Shown here: in pieces, positions 1-10,500 of the stretch
Layout: every line of letters starts with the position of its first letter
Numbering within the stretch: position 1 is the stretch's first letter
Source of the DNA: an uncultured Anaerolineaceae bacterium
GTDB taxonomy: Bacteria; Chloroflexota; Limnocylindria; Limnocylindrales; CSP1-4
NCBI GenBank assembly: GCA_964579825.1
Contig: CAZOHT010000008.1
Location: forward strand, 33,613 to 97,612
Length of the DNA: 64,000 nt
Reading direction: 5' to 3'
The notes under the pieces: model-generated
Told to the model about the DNA's origin: nothing
The model's input: only the letters and a program-made list of their open reading frames with translations
Databases searched by the model: none
Position numbers and translations under genes: made by a program

Positions 1-1153
1 CGCTCAGGCCGTGCGCCAGGACGGACAGCAGGATGGTCACGGTGACGACCCGCAGGAGCGTCTCACTGGCGGCGTGGGCGGGTCCCATCTCATCGAACGC
101 GATCAGCAGGAACACGACCGACGCCATCCCGCGCGGCCCGAACCATCCGATCAGGGTCACCGTGTCGCGCCGGAGCCCGGTGCCCAGGAGAGCCAGGGCG
201 ACCGGGCCCATCCGGATGAGGGTGAGGCTGAGGATCGCGTACAGCAGGACGGTGGGATCCATGCCTGCGGCGACCACCGGTCCCGCGAGCGCGACACCGA
301 AGACGAGCCACACGACGTACGACGCCGCCACGCCGACCGATTCCGAGAACTCGACCGCGGGATCGGCGCCGGCCGTCACCGAGCGGAAGGCGACGCCGGC
401 GGCAAAGGCGGCGACGAACCCGTTTCCCCCGACAGCGGTGGCTCCGGCGTAGGCCAACACGGCCATCGCCAAGAGCCCGAGCGACTCCGAGCCGAGCGAC
501 GCCCAACCGCGTCGGCGAGCCGTCGCCACCAGCCATCCCCCGAACCCCCCGACCACGATCGCGACCATCACGGCGATGGCGATCTCCACCCCGGCCTCGA
601 TGAGCCACGGCTCGTCGCCGGCCGTCTCCTCGGACAGCACCACCGCGAGGAAGAGGGTCACGAAGGGCGTGACGATGCCGTCGTTCAGCCCGCTCTCGAT
701 GTTGATCGCTCGTCGGACCCGGACCGGGATGGCCCGGTCGAGCAGGAGCGGCAGGCTGAGGGCCGCATCGGTCGGCGCGAGGATCGACGCGAGCAGCAGG
801 GCGAAGCCGAGACCGAGTGCCGGAAAGGCCAGCCACGCGACGAGGGCGCCGGCGAGGATCGTCAGGGGCAGGCCGATGCCCAGCAACCGTCCCGGCAGCC
901 AGGCGATGCGCCCGGCCTCTCGCAGGCCGATGGTGGAGGCATCGGTGAACAGGAGGATCGCCAGGGTCAGCTCGGCGAGGACCTCGACCGGGACCGATGT
1001 CGCGGGTGTCTCGATCGCGCGGAAGCCCGCCGGACCCAGCAGCATCCCGGCCGCGACGAGGACGATCGGGGCACTGATCGAGAGCCGGTCAAGGCGCGCC
1101 GCGACGACCGAATAGCCGAGGATGACGATCGCCACGATGGCGAGCTCAGGCAA
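1..1153 (-). CDS. Cation/proton (Na+/H+) antiporter, CPA1/NhaP-like. Truncated at its 3' end by the window edge.
   Basis: Minus-strand translation gives a hydrophobic N-terminus (L/V)PELAIVAIVILGYSVVAARLDRLSISAPIVLVAAGMLLGP and an internal INIESGLNDG motif (ESxxNDG, typical of CPA antiporters). Candidate TTG start at 1153 or GTG at 1135. The plus-frame ORFs here (11..1168 and others) are Arg/Asp-rich artefacts. Confidence 0.55.
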   Translation of the reverse strand, partial: MPELAIVAIVILGYSVVAARLDRLSISAPIVLVAAGMLLGPAGFRAIETPATSVPVEVLAELTLAILLFTDASTIGLREAGRIAWLPGRLLGIGLPLTILAGALVAWLAFPALGLGFALLLASILAPTDAALSLPLLLDRAIPVRVRRAINIESGLNDGIVTPFVTLFLAVVLSEETAGDEPWLIEAGVEIAIAVMVAIVVGGFGGWLVATARRRGWASLGSESLGLLAMAVLAYAGATAVGGNGFVAAFAAGVAFRSVTAGADPAVEFSESVGVAASYVVWLVFGVALAGPVVAAGMDPTVLLYAILSLTLIRMGPVALALLGTGLRRDTVTLIGWFGPRGMASVVFLLIAFDEMGPAHAASETLLRVVTVTILLSVLAHGLS

Positions 1154-1224
1154 TGGATGGCCTCATGACGAGCGCTCGGCGGCGATCGGAGCCGGACGGC
1201 TCGACCGAGACGCCCGCCGCTATG

Positions 1225-2160
1225 CTAGCCCGCTTCCGTGCGCGGCTGGGTGGCGACCAGCGACGCGACGATGGACGTCCCGAGGATCGCGACGATCACC
1301 GACAGCGACAGGACGATCGGGATCTCGATGCCGATGAGTCCGACCAGGATCTTCACGCCCGCGAACGTCAGCAGGGCCGCCAGCCCGACCTTGAGGTAGA
1401 TGAAGCGGTCCAGCAGACCCGCCAGCAGGAAGTACATCGATCGCAGGCCGAGGATCGCGAACAGGTTGGAACTGAAGACGACGAACGGATCCGTGGTCAC
1501 CGCGAAGACCGCCGGGATCGAGTCGAGGGCGAACATGACGTCGGTCGCCTCGATCGCCACAAGGACGGCGAGCAGGGGCGTGGCCAGGCGTCGACCACCC
1601 TCGCGGACGATGAAGGCCTGGCCACGGAAGCCGTCGGTCATCGGCACGAAGCGTCGAAAGAGGCGCAGGACCGGGTTCCGTTCCGGATCGACGGCATGCC
1701 CGCGCGAGCGAGCCAGCCGGATCCCGGTGACGACCAGGAGGATGCCAAGGAGGTAGATGACCCAGTGGGCGGCCTCCAGGATCGCGATGCCGGCGGAGAT
1801 GAACAGGGCCCGGAAGACGATCGCGCCAAGGATGCCCCAGAACAGGAGCCGATGCTGGTAGGCGGCTGGGACGGCGAACGCGCCGAAGATCAAGGCGAAG
1901 ACGAACAGGTTGTCGACCGACAGGGACAGTTCGATGAGGTAGCCGGCGAGATACTCCCCGCCAAGCTCACGACCCTGGGTCGCCGCGACGAAGACGCCGA
2001 ACCCCAGGCCCAGGCTGACCCAGATGGCAGACCAGATCGCCGCCTTCCGGAAGGGCATGGCTTCGGCGCGACGGTTGAGGACCAGCAGGTCCAGCACGAG
2101 CATGCCGCCGACGATCGCGGCGAGGACCAACCACGGTCCGAGTTCGGGATCCACGTCCAC
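1225..2160 (-). CDS. terC: TerC-family integral membrane protein
   Basis: Multi-TM protein with TerC-like motifs (DNLFVFALIF, GLDSIPAVFAVT, LDRFIYLKVGLAALL). The 411-aa track ORF has an Arg/Pro-rich, non-protein-like N-terminal extension. Likely GTG start near 2154-2160 (EVDVDPELGPWLVLAAIVGG), preceded by GGAGG. Confidence 0.65.
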   Translation of the reverse strand: MDVDPELGPWLVLAAIVGGMLVLDLLVLNRRAEAMPFRKAAIWSAIWVSLGLGFGVFVAATQGRELGGEYLAGYLIELSLSVDNLFVFALIFGAFAVPAAYQHRLLFWGILGAIVFRALFISAGIAILEAAHWVIYLLGILLVVTGIRLARSRGHAVDPERNPVLRLFRRFVPMTDGFRGQAFIVREGGRRLATPLLAVLVAIEATDVMFALDSIPAVFAVTTDPFVVFSSNLFAILGLRSMYFLLAGLLDRFIYLKVGLAALLTFAGVKILVGLIGIEIPIVLSLSVIVAILGTSIVASLVATQPRTEAG

Positions 2161-2351
2161 CTCCGGCTTCGATAGCCGAAGGTCTCTCCCGACCGCCGCG
2201 GGATGGGCGATCGGCCAGGCGGATCGCCGATGAGGCGACCGGAATGACGCCGTGGACCGGGTGGGATACTCCCCTTCGTGCCCGGAATCCTCGGATGCGC
2301 GCCCGGGCGCTGTCAAGTGCGGCCAGGTCGTGGGCGGGATCGCGTCCGCCG

Positions 2352-3158
2352 TCAGGAGGCCGCGACGGCGCCTGGGTACGCGGACCGGAAGCTCGCCTCG
2401 CGCTCGACCGTCCATCGGGCGCCGAGCGGTAGCGGCAGGGCGGTCCAGCCGGCTTCGCATGGCAGCCCCGCGGCGACATGCAGGGTCAGCTCACCGGACT
2501 TGGACTGTAGGATGTACGAGTAGACCGTGGTCAGCGGCACCCCGTGATTGCAGATGCCGGTCGCGCCATCGTCGTGCGAGGCCAGCATCGCCTTCAGGTC
2601 ATCCACCGAGCGCACATCGCCCAGACGTGCCTGGGCCGACACGAACCGCGTCGCCGAGCAGGCGAGTCCAGCGGGCGAGCTTGTATCGCCGAACAGGGGC
2701 TGGTGATTGGTCCGGAAGATCCGGGATGCCTGCTGTTCGACCCGGATCGCTTGTCCCCGGACCTCGACCGCGGCGAGGTCCTGACGATCCGCGAGGATCA
2801 GATTGCCCCACCAGTAGGGCTGGGCAGCCACCTCGTCCGAGATCGCCGAGATCGCCTCCTCGACGGTCCTTGCCTCCCGAAGGGCCGTTTCCACGAGGCG
2901 ATCGTAGTTCTGGTGGCTGGGCTCGGTGATCTTCACGTCGTTGACGCAGGCGAACAGCCCATGCCGGTTCGCGCCCACGGACAGGCCGGAGAAGACGCTC
3001 TCGATGGTCCCGTCGGCGGCGAACGTCTCGAGGCCCATGGGCCCGAACACGTCCGCATCCAGCACCAGGCGATCCGAGAAGCTCGACCGGGCGAAGTCCT
3101 TGTTCTTGAACAGCAGGAACTCGTCGTCGTCGATCCGCAAGGCCCCGATCGTGCACAT
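2352..3158 (-). CDS. Ntn-hydrolase superfamily protein with N-terminal nucleophile Cys (choloylglycine hydrolase / peptidase C45-like)
   Basis: The protein begins M(LSG)MCTIGAL. An initiator Met followed directly by Cys is the hallmark of autoprocessed Ntn amidohydrolases. 268 aa, non-repetitive composition. ATG at 3170 or 3158. Confidence 0.45.
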   Translation of the reverse strand: MCTIGALRIDDDEFLLFKNKDFARSSFSDRLVLDADVFGPMGLETFAADGTIESVFSGLSVGANRHGLFACVNDVKITEPSHQNYDRLVETALREARTVEEAISAISDEVAAQPYWWGNLILADRQDLAAVEVRGQAIRVEQQASRIFRTNHQPLFGDTSSPAGLACSATRFVSAQARLGDVRSVDDLKAMLASHDDGATGICNHGVPLTTVYSYILQSKSGELTLHVAAGLPCEAGWTALPLPLGARWTVEREASFRSAYPGAVAAS

Positions 3159-3214
3159 GCCCGATAGCATGCACGGTGCGAACCGCGCCGATGCCCAGCT
3201 AGGGAGTCTCGAGC

Positions 3215-3601
3215 ATGATCATCAAGCGACTGGACGACATCGTGGGCACGGACCGTCACGCCACGGGCGACGGATGGCAGAGCCGCCGGCTCCTGCTCGG
3301 TGACGACGGGCTGGGCTACTCATTGCACGACACGGTGATCGACGAGGGTTGCGAACTGACCCTGCAGTACAAGAACCACATCGAGAGCAACTACTGCATC
3401 GCGGGCATCGGCGAAGTCGTCGATGTCGCGACCGGTGAGGTGTACCCGATCGCACCCGGCACGCTCTACGCGCTCGACGAGCACGACGCCCACATCCTGC
3501 GGGCGCTCAAGGGCCAGCTTCGCCTGGTCTGCGTCTTCACGCCGGCACTGACCGGTCGCGAGCGTCATGACGCCGACGGCAGCTATGCGTTGCTGGACTA
3601 G
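3215..3601 (+). CDS. ectC: L-ectoine synthase-like cupin (solitary EctC-type)
   Basis: 128 aa; MIIKRLDDIVGTDRHATGDGWQSRRLLL...HYKNHIESNYCIAGIGEV...YALDEHDAHILRA...LVCVFTPALTGRERHDADGSY aligns by eye along the full length with EctC. AGGGAG Shine-Dalgarno 7 nt upstream. No ectA or ectB adjacent. Confidence 0.75.
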   Translation: MIIKRLDDIVGTDRHATGDGWQSRRLLLGDDGLGYSLHDTVIDEGCELTLQYKNHIESNYCIAGIGEVVDVATGEVYPIAPGTLYALDEHDAHILRALKGQLRLVCVFTPALTGRERHDADGSYALLD

Positions 3602-3665
3602 CGGGGCGGCGGCGACGCGCGGTTGAGGCGCGCGCTCGCTCTGCGATAGACTCTCCCTCTCCCGA

Positions 3666-3740
3666 GCGGGAGTAGCTCAGTCGGCAGAGCGTCTGCTTCC
3701 CAAGCCGACTGTCTGGCGGTTCCGGCCCTACCTTCATGCA
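3666..3740 (+). tRNA. Degenerate/truncated tRNA-Gly(CCC)-like remnant: the 5' acceptor, D-arm and anticodon arm are recognisable, the 3' half has decayed.
   Basis: GCGGGAGTAGCTCAGTCGGCAGAGCGTCTGCTTCCCAAGC matches the tRNA-Gly 5' half (acceptor GCGGGAG, D-arm AGCTCAGTCGG.AGAGC, anticodon loop TTCCCAA). Downstream I cannot fold a T-arm or a complementary CTCCCGC acceptor strand, so it is a pseudo-tRNA or attachment-site remnant. Confidence 0.4.
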
Positions 3741-3948
3741 ATTTGACTGGCTCGACTGATCGTGCCCAATTGCGAGTTTTGAGAGCCGCTGCCACACGTC
3801 AGAACGCTCTGCGAGTTAGTTGTATGAGCAACGAAAGTCAGCCGCGGATCGGCCCATCGACCAGGCATTCGCATCCGCGCGCGCTCTTGTGACCGTTAAC
3901 TCGATGTAAAGCGATATGCGTCGCGGTGGAGCGCGGCAGTGGCCAGCG

Positions 3949-4560
3949 TCAGCCGGGGATGGACTGACCTTCGTTTGGGGACACCCAACGGGTTCCCGCA
4001 ATGGGCCAGACCTCTTTGAACTGAAATCCAACCAGTCCTGCCTTGGTGACGGTGTCCACAAAACTCTGAGTCACGAGGATCGCGCCATCTGGCCACTGAC
4101 TCAACTTGAAAATTGGCTTACCGTCCAACGCGGATGGGTTTAGCGCATATCGCACAATGTCGCCGATCCCACCAGACGGATATCGGAAGATGCTCGATTC
4201 GGACTCCACCAAAGCGTCAAGCATGCAGGTGACGCTTACCAAGTGGTAGGTCAAGCCGGGCGACCGGACCGGCAGCAGTCGAGCGCACGATGAGACTAGC
4301 GGTGTGAGCACCTCTGCCGCGCGTGACGATAGCAACGGTATGCCCGTCACCCAAGTCGCTAGGTCCGTCGGCCGACCGGGCGACTTGTCGTCTGAGGGAA
4401 CCACATAGGCATCAGGAGGAGTCCAGTCTGCAGACGGCTGCAAGCGATGAAAGTCCGTGAAGAAGTCATGCTCGTCTTGAGGTTGCGCGAGCCCGAGGAT
4501 GATGGCGCCCTCCACAGCTCTGAGCCGGAAGACTGACGTGTGCGGGTCCCTCATGGCCAC
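3949..4560 (-). CDS. Putative immunity protein cognate to the AHH-type C-terminal toxin of the upstream RHS protein
   Basis: 203-aa ORF whose GTG start overlaps the toxin stop codon by 10 nt. GC is lower than in the RHS core. This position (immediately 3' of a polymorphic-toxin CT domain) is the canonical immunity slot. No family recognised. Confidence 0.45.
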   Translation of the reverse strand: MAMRDPHTSVFRLRAVEGAIILGLAQPQDEHDFFTDFHRLQPSADWTPPDAYVVPSDDKSPGRPTDLATWVTGIPLLSSRAAEVLTPLVSSCARLLPVRSPGLTYHLVSVTCMLDALVESESSIFRYPSGGIGDIVRYALNPSALDGKPIFKLSQWPDGAILVTQSFVDTVTKAGLVGFQFKEVWPIAGTRWVSPNEGQSIPG

Positions 4561-7500
4561 TCGGTCCCTGCGGCTTGCGCCGCTAGTAGGCTCGCTCTGA
4601 CGAATTGAAGGGTTGCAATGACTTCGTCCCTTGAATTTGCCCTCTGGAGAAGGTTCGACACCTCGAGGGTGTAGACCGCACGAGTCGTGTCGGTGAGGTG
4701 AAAGCCTCTGTCAAGGTACACGCCATTCAAGGCCGAGTCGCCATCAATCCCGAAACGCTCTAGGACGGCCCGCGAAGCAGCCGCAGCTGGACGCGTGACT
4801 TCGACGATGTGGTGCGCCTGCGCGTTGACGGGCTTGGCAGCGCCCGGCCCCAGCTCGGCCAACAGTGCGCGATTTAACATTTCTCGCGAAAGGGCGGCCG
4901 ACCGCCCAAAGAACCCTCCTGCGGCTGGGCCGGCTGGTGTCGAGAGGTTGGCCAATTCCTGACTAATCGCCGCGAGCCGGGCACCCGCGGGCGCCACGAG
5001 CCCGGCACCGACTGCGGCCTCGTCGCCCGGGATTCCATCCAAGGTTGCTGCGGCCAGCACGATCAGCTCCAGGCCGAAGACAAGCGCAGCCGTTCGCTGT
5101 TCGGCCTGAAGCTGGCACGCCTCCGGGTTGACTTCACAGAACTGCTGATCTGCCTGCCGGATTCGGTCCATCCCGGCTCTCCAAGCGTCACAGGCGGCTT
5201 CGTCGCGCAGAACGAGGCAGCTTGTATAGACAGTGTCTAGATCGCCCTGCGTGAACGGTGCGCCCGAAGGCCCAACCCACACGCCGGCGACCATCTTGAT
5301 AAGAGGCGGCGTCACCGTCGTTGGCGAGCTGTCGTTGTCTTTGGTTCGGCTCGTTTGGCTCTTGCTGGGCTGCCGCAGCCCGCTAGCTCCCCCGCCCCCA
5401 CCGTCGCTTCGTGGTACCCAGTTGATCGCCCCGCAGTCCTCGGGACCGAGGTTGCAGATCTGACCCTCCGCGTAATGCCCGGTCGGGTCGATCAGGCTGG
5501 CTGGGTTGCCCAAGGCATAAAGGAAGCGGTTCATCGTCGCCGGGTTCTGCACTGATCCCGCGTATGAGTCGAGCTGGGTGAACGCGCCGATGCCCGGGCT
5601 GTAGAAGCGGGCGCTCATGTCATACAGCGGCGTCGTGCTCGGGCTGATATCGAGGCGGCCCTGGTACTTCGTGTCGAGCTTGACCGAGCCCGTGCCGGTA
5701 TAGGGGGTGCCCATCGTCTGGCCGTAGGCGTCGTAGCGGATGGCGTTGGCGATGGTGACCGCCGCGGCCTGCTCCATGGCGGCCACGTTGCCATGGAGGT
5801 CGGGGATCAGGAAGGCGCTGGTGCTGCCGTCCTTGGTGGCGACGCGTGAGCCGTCCTCGGTGACCGCCGAGATCCGGGTCGTCGTGCCGGTGATGACCGA
5901 CGTGACCTCACTCGTGCCGACGTAGGCGTACTTCTCGACGACACCGTTGACCGTGCGTTCGCGGTTGCGGCCGAGGGCGTCGAACTTGAAGGTCGAGCTC
6001 TGGGCGCCGGCGGTGATCGACGTCAGGTGCGATGCCGTGTCGTAGGCGTAGGTGGTCGCGGTGCCGGCGCTATCGCGACTGGTGGTCATGTTGCCGTAGC
6101 GGTCGTAGGCGAACGTGATGTCGGCCCCGCCGTTGATCTTCTGCTTCGTGAGCTGGTCGGTCCGGTCGTAGAAGTAATCGACCGTGGTCGTGCCACCCTC
6201 GACCTTGCGCGTCCGGTTGCCATCGCGGTCGTACTGGTAGGACCGACTCGAGGCCAGGCCGGATTCACCCGTGAGCCGTCCCAGGGCGTCGTACGTCAAC
6301 GTGTTCGTGTTGGTGCCGTTGTCACCGGTCGGGCCGGTCAGCGAGCGAGCCTCGGTCAGCACGTTGCTGTCGCGGTCGTAGGTCTGGCTGAAGGTGTTGC
6401 CGTTGGCCTTGGTGATCGTCGTCGGTCGGCGCGCCGTGTCGTACGCGAACGTGAGCGTCTCGCCGTTGGGGAACGTCCGACTCGCGATGAGACCGTCGAA
6501 GCGATACGTGAAGTCGGCTGAGGTGGCGTAGATCGAGCCCGCCGTGACCGCCTTGACCTGCTGGGCCCAGTCGTACGAGAAGCCGGTCGCGTAGGTCGTC
6601 CCGGTCGACGCCGGGTTGGTGTCCACGCGGCTGGTGACGAGGCCGTCGACGTAGTCGTAGTCGGTCATGGTCGTCCCGCCGACCTTGATCTCATTCAGCC
6701 AACCCTCGCCGGTGTAGGTGAAGTCGAGCGTGTGGCTGTCGAGGCCGTCGTTGGTGCCGTTCCAGGCGGTCTGGGTCGGCGACCCATCGACCGCGTACGC
6801 GGTCGTGGTGGTCTGCTTGGGTGAACCGGTCCCCGACCCGGCGTAGACGATGCTGGATGTGACCCGCCCGACATCGTCGTAGGCCATGTCGACATGGCGC
6901 CCGATCGTCGGGAAGAGGGTCGGGCTCTGGTCGGTGACCGAGGCCAGGCGGCCGCCGGTCTCGTACGCCCAGACCGTCGTGTCGAGCGCGGTCGCCGTCA
7001 CGTTGACCGGGGCGACCTGGGTGGCCATCCGGCCCATCGCGTCGTACGTGTAATGCCAGGCGCTCTTGTAGTCGTTGCCAGTGGTCACGGTCTGGGTCGG
7101 GTTGCAGCTGTCGACGACCACGGCGGTCGCCGGACAGTAGGCCGTCAGCTCGCCCAGGGCGTCGTAGGCAAACGTGCTCCGCAGGTCGTCCGCGCCGGTC
7201 GGCCCTGACGACGTCCCGTCGTCGTAGTTGGCGGTCGTCGCGACCGTCCGCCCGAGCCGGTCGTACCCGTACGTCGTGTGCGTGCCCGTCGCGTCGAAGG
7301 CGTCCTCGACGCGACCGAGGGGGTCGTACTCCGTGGTCGACGTCAGGTTGACCGCCCCCGTCGTGCCGCCACCGGCGACGTCGTTGACGGTGACCGACGT
7401 CACGCGTCCCATCGCGTCGTAGCCCGTGGCGGTCACGAGCGAGGCATCGCCCGGGGCTCCCCCGATGACGATCGAGCGGATGATCCGGCTGTTGGCGTCG

Positions 7501-10500
7501 TATACGGTCTCGGTCGGGATGTTGGTATCCGGGCCAAGGGCGTTCTGCGCCGCTGCGGATGCGTTCCAGACGGTGATGTCGTCCAGGTAGACGGAGACCG
7601 ATGACGCGCTGCCGACTCGTTTGTAGGCGAGGTAGGCCACAGTCTGGTTCGTGGCTGGCGTCCACGTCACGGTCAGGGCCTGCCAGGTCCCGGTACCGGC
7701 GATCGACGTGCTCGTGTCACTGTCCGTGTTCGTCCCGAGGTAGGCGTTGATCGTCGTGCCGATGGGTGCATACACCCAGGCCGTCGCCTTGTAGGTGTCG
7801 CTCGATTGGTAGGTTCCGCTCAGGGCCCAGACCGCGCCGGCGTTCGCAGCTGATCCGGTGTCGATCTTCAGTCGTCCTTCACCGGACGCCGGGGTCGGAC
7901 TCGTGACACCGAGCTGGGCGGTGAGGGTCGACCCTGCGCTCACGAAGTCGCCCGACGAACTCCAGTCGGTCGCGCTGCCGTCTTCGAAGTTCTCGGCGCT
8001 GATCTGGGCTTCACCGCTCGTGTCGTAATGGGCGAGGGTCTTCGTGACGCGCCCGGCGGCGTCGTAGACCGACTTCGTCCAGACCAACGCGCCATCGGTC
8101 GTCCGAGCGTCACTGACTCGATCGACGCGGCCTGAGGGTCGATACACGGTCTTCGCATACCGACCCGATGCGATGTCGGTGACGCGATTGGGCCGACCGA
8201 CCGCGTCGTACGCGGTGGTCGTCGTTCGGGCCGCCGGATCGGTCACCGACGTCACGAGACCGGTCAATCCATACGTCGTCGTCGTGACGAGATCTGACTC
8301 CGGCTCCGCTGCCCCACCGGTGCCATCGACGTAGTTCACGATGGCCTGGACGGCGCGACCCGCGAGGTCGAGTCGCTGCACGGTCAGGTTGTCGTAGGCA
8401 TCCCGCGTCGCTACGGTGCGGCCGTTCAGGTCGAGCACGCTGACCGAGTTGCAGGTCCCGGAGCCCGATGGGCAGGCGTGCCCCGTGGTGGATGTGACCG
8501 GCAGCTTCACGCCGGTCGGCACGGCGCGCGACAGGCCATTGGCCGACGCGAAATCACTCGTCGTGACGCGCGGTGTGCCGGTCCCGCCCGCGCCCGGCCA
8601 GACCGTCGAGGTGAGGACGTTGCCCAGGAGGTCGTAGGTCGATTCGCTGACCGCCTCGATGCCACCATCGTCGCCGGTCGTCTTGATCACCCGCCCGAAC
8701 GCGTCGTACTCGTAGGACGTGATGACGTCGTCGAGGACGGTCGGGACACCGGGCACATCATTGGCGATGACGGCGATCCGCTGGCCGACGAGGTCGTATT
8801 GGTAGGTGGTCTTGATCGTGTCGGGCGTCGTGACATCGATCGGATGGTTGAGTGCGTCGTACCGCGTCGTCGTGGGCGGGCCCAACGGGAGCTGGACTGT
8901 GAGCGCGTTGCCGACGAGGTCGTAGGTCGTGGTCGTCGCGTTGCCGGCGCCATCGGTGACGGTGTCGCGATCGGTCATCGCGCCGTTGCCTTGGCCAGCG
9001 GCCTTGTAGTGGTCGGTCGAGGTGACGCCGTCGGGGTCGGTCGTGACCAGCGGTCGTCCCCAGGCGTCATACGTCGTGGTGGTGGTCAGGTCCTCGCTCG
9101 TCGCGTCCGTCACGGTGCCGACGTCATTGACGATGACCGACGTGGCGAAGATGGCCGGGTTGACGGCACTCGAGGCATAGACCGGGTTGTTGACGACCAC
9201 GCCCCCACCACCGGCCGGCGACAAGGTCGTGGTCGTCTCGATGAGACCGGTCCCGCCGTAGGTCATCTGGGCGAACGTCGTGAAGAGCGCGATGTCATCG
9301 ACGTACACGGATCCGCCGGCGTTCGAGTTCTCGATCTTGACGCGCACGCGGCCATCGCTGTCCATCGGGATCGGCAGATCCCAGGCGTGGCTCGTCCAAC
9401 TCGTCTCGCTGTAGTCGACGCCCATCCCGCCGAACGCGACCCAGTTGTTGCTGCTCCGTTTCCAGTAGCTGGCGGTGTAGCGGGCCGTGCCCGCGCCGGA
9501 GACCAGGTTCCAACCCTGTAGTCGGAAGGTCTGCCCGGGCACCAAGGTCCGTTCCTGGATCGTGGTGCCACTCCCGGCAAGCTTGATCGAGCCGAGACCG
9601 CCGGCGTGGACCGTGGTCGTCTCGAACGTGGCACTCGTGCTCCGCCAGCCCGAGGCGATGCCATCCTCGAAGCCCGGGTTGGCCAGGAACTGATCGGTCG
9701 TCTGGACCGGGTGGCCGAGGCTGTCGTAACTCGTCGCCTGGTCGACCACGGCGATCGAGCGCGCCGAGGCGTACAGGTTGGCCATCTGGGAGCGGTCGAG
9801 CGCGACCTTGTAGACCGCCACCTCGTCGATCGAGCCGTTGAACCATTCCGGTGTGACCGAATCGCGCCCGTTCGTGCCGATCTGGAGCTTGCGGGTGTTG
9901 TCGACGACGAGCGGCGTCCCGGCCGTCGTGAACGGCCCAGAACTGATGAGCACCCCGTCGACGTAGATCGCGACCGTGTCGGCCGCGTCGTCGACACTAA
10001 GGCCGACCTGGATCCAACGCCCGATCTGCCAGTCGTAGGGGGCCTTGAACGACGGACGCAGCCAGGCGGAGCCATTGCCGATGTCGGCCAGGATGGCCCG
10101 AACCTTGGTCGTCGGATCGACGTACAGCTTGAGATCGAACGAGTGATCGGTCCCGGCGGCGGTGCCATAGCGGGACCCGAGGATCGCGAGCGACGTGCCG
10201 TTGCTGGCGGGCTTGACCCAGGCCACGGCGCTGAACGAGCCGGTCACCGAGCCGAACGTGCCGACCTTGGTGACCGAGTTCGACGCCGCCGTATAGGTCG
10301 CGCCGACGCTGGCCGACGACGGCGTGAGCGCGTTACTCGACGTCGCCTGGCCGACGGCGGTGTGAGTCCCGACAACGCCACCGCCAGGCGTGTTGGCATC
10401 GAGCGCAGTCCCGGACGACTCCTCGAGCCGGTAGTAGGCGAGGATGTCGGTGTTCGTCGTGCCGTTCCAGTTCTTCGTGGCGGACTCGACCGCCCGCGGA

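Noticed and set aside
11-1168. 385-aa plus-strand ORF rich in Arg/Asp/Glu/Gly (also 90..836 on the minus strand and 576..1115 on the plus strand)
   Set aside because: Low-complexity charged composition typical of spurious frames in 70% GC DNA. The minus-strand frame in the same span encodes a convincing multi-TM antiporter.
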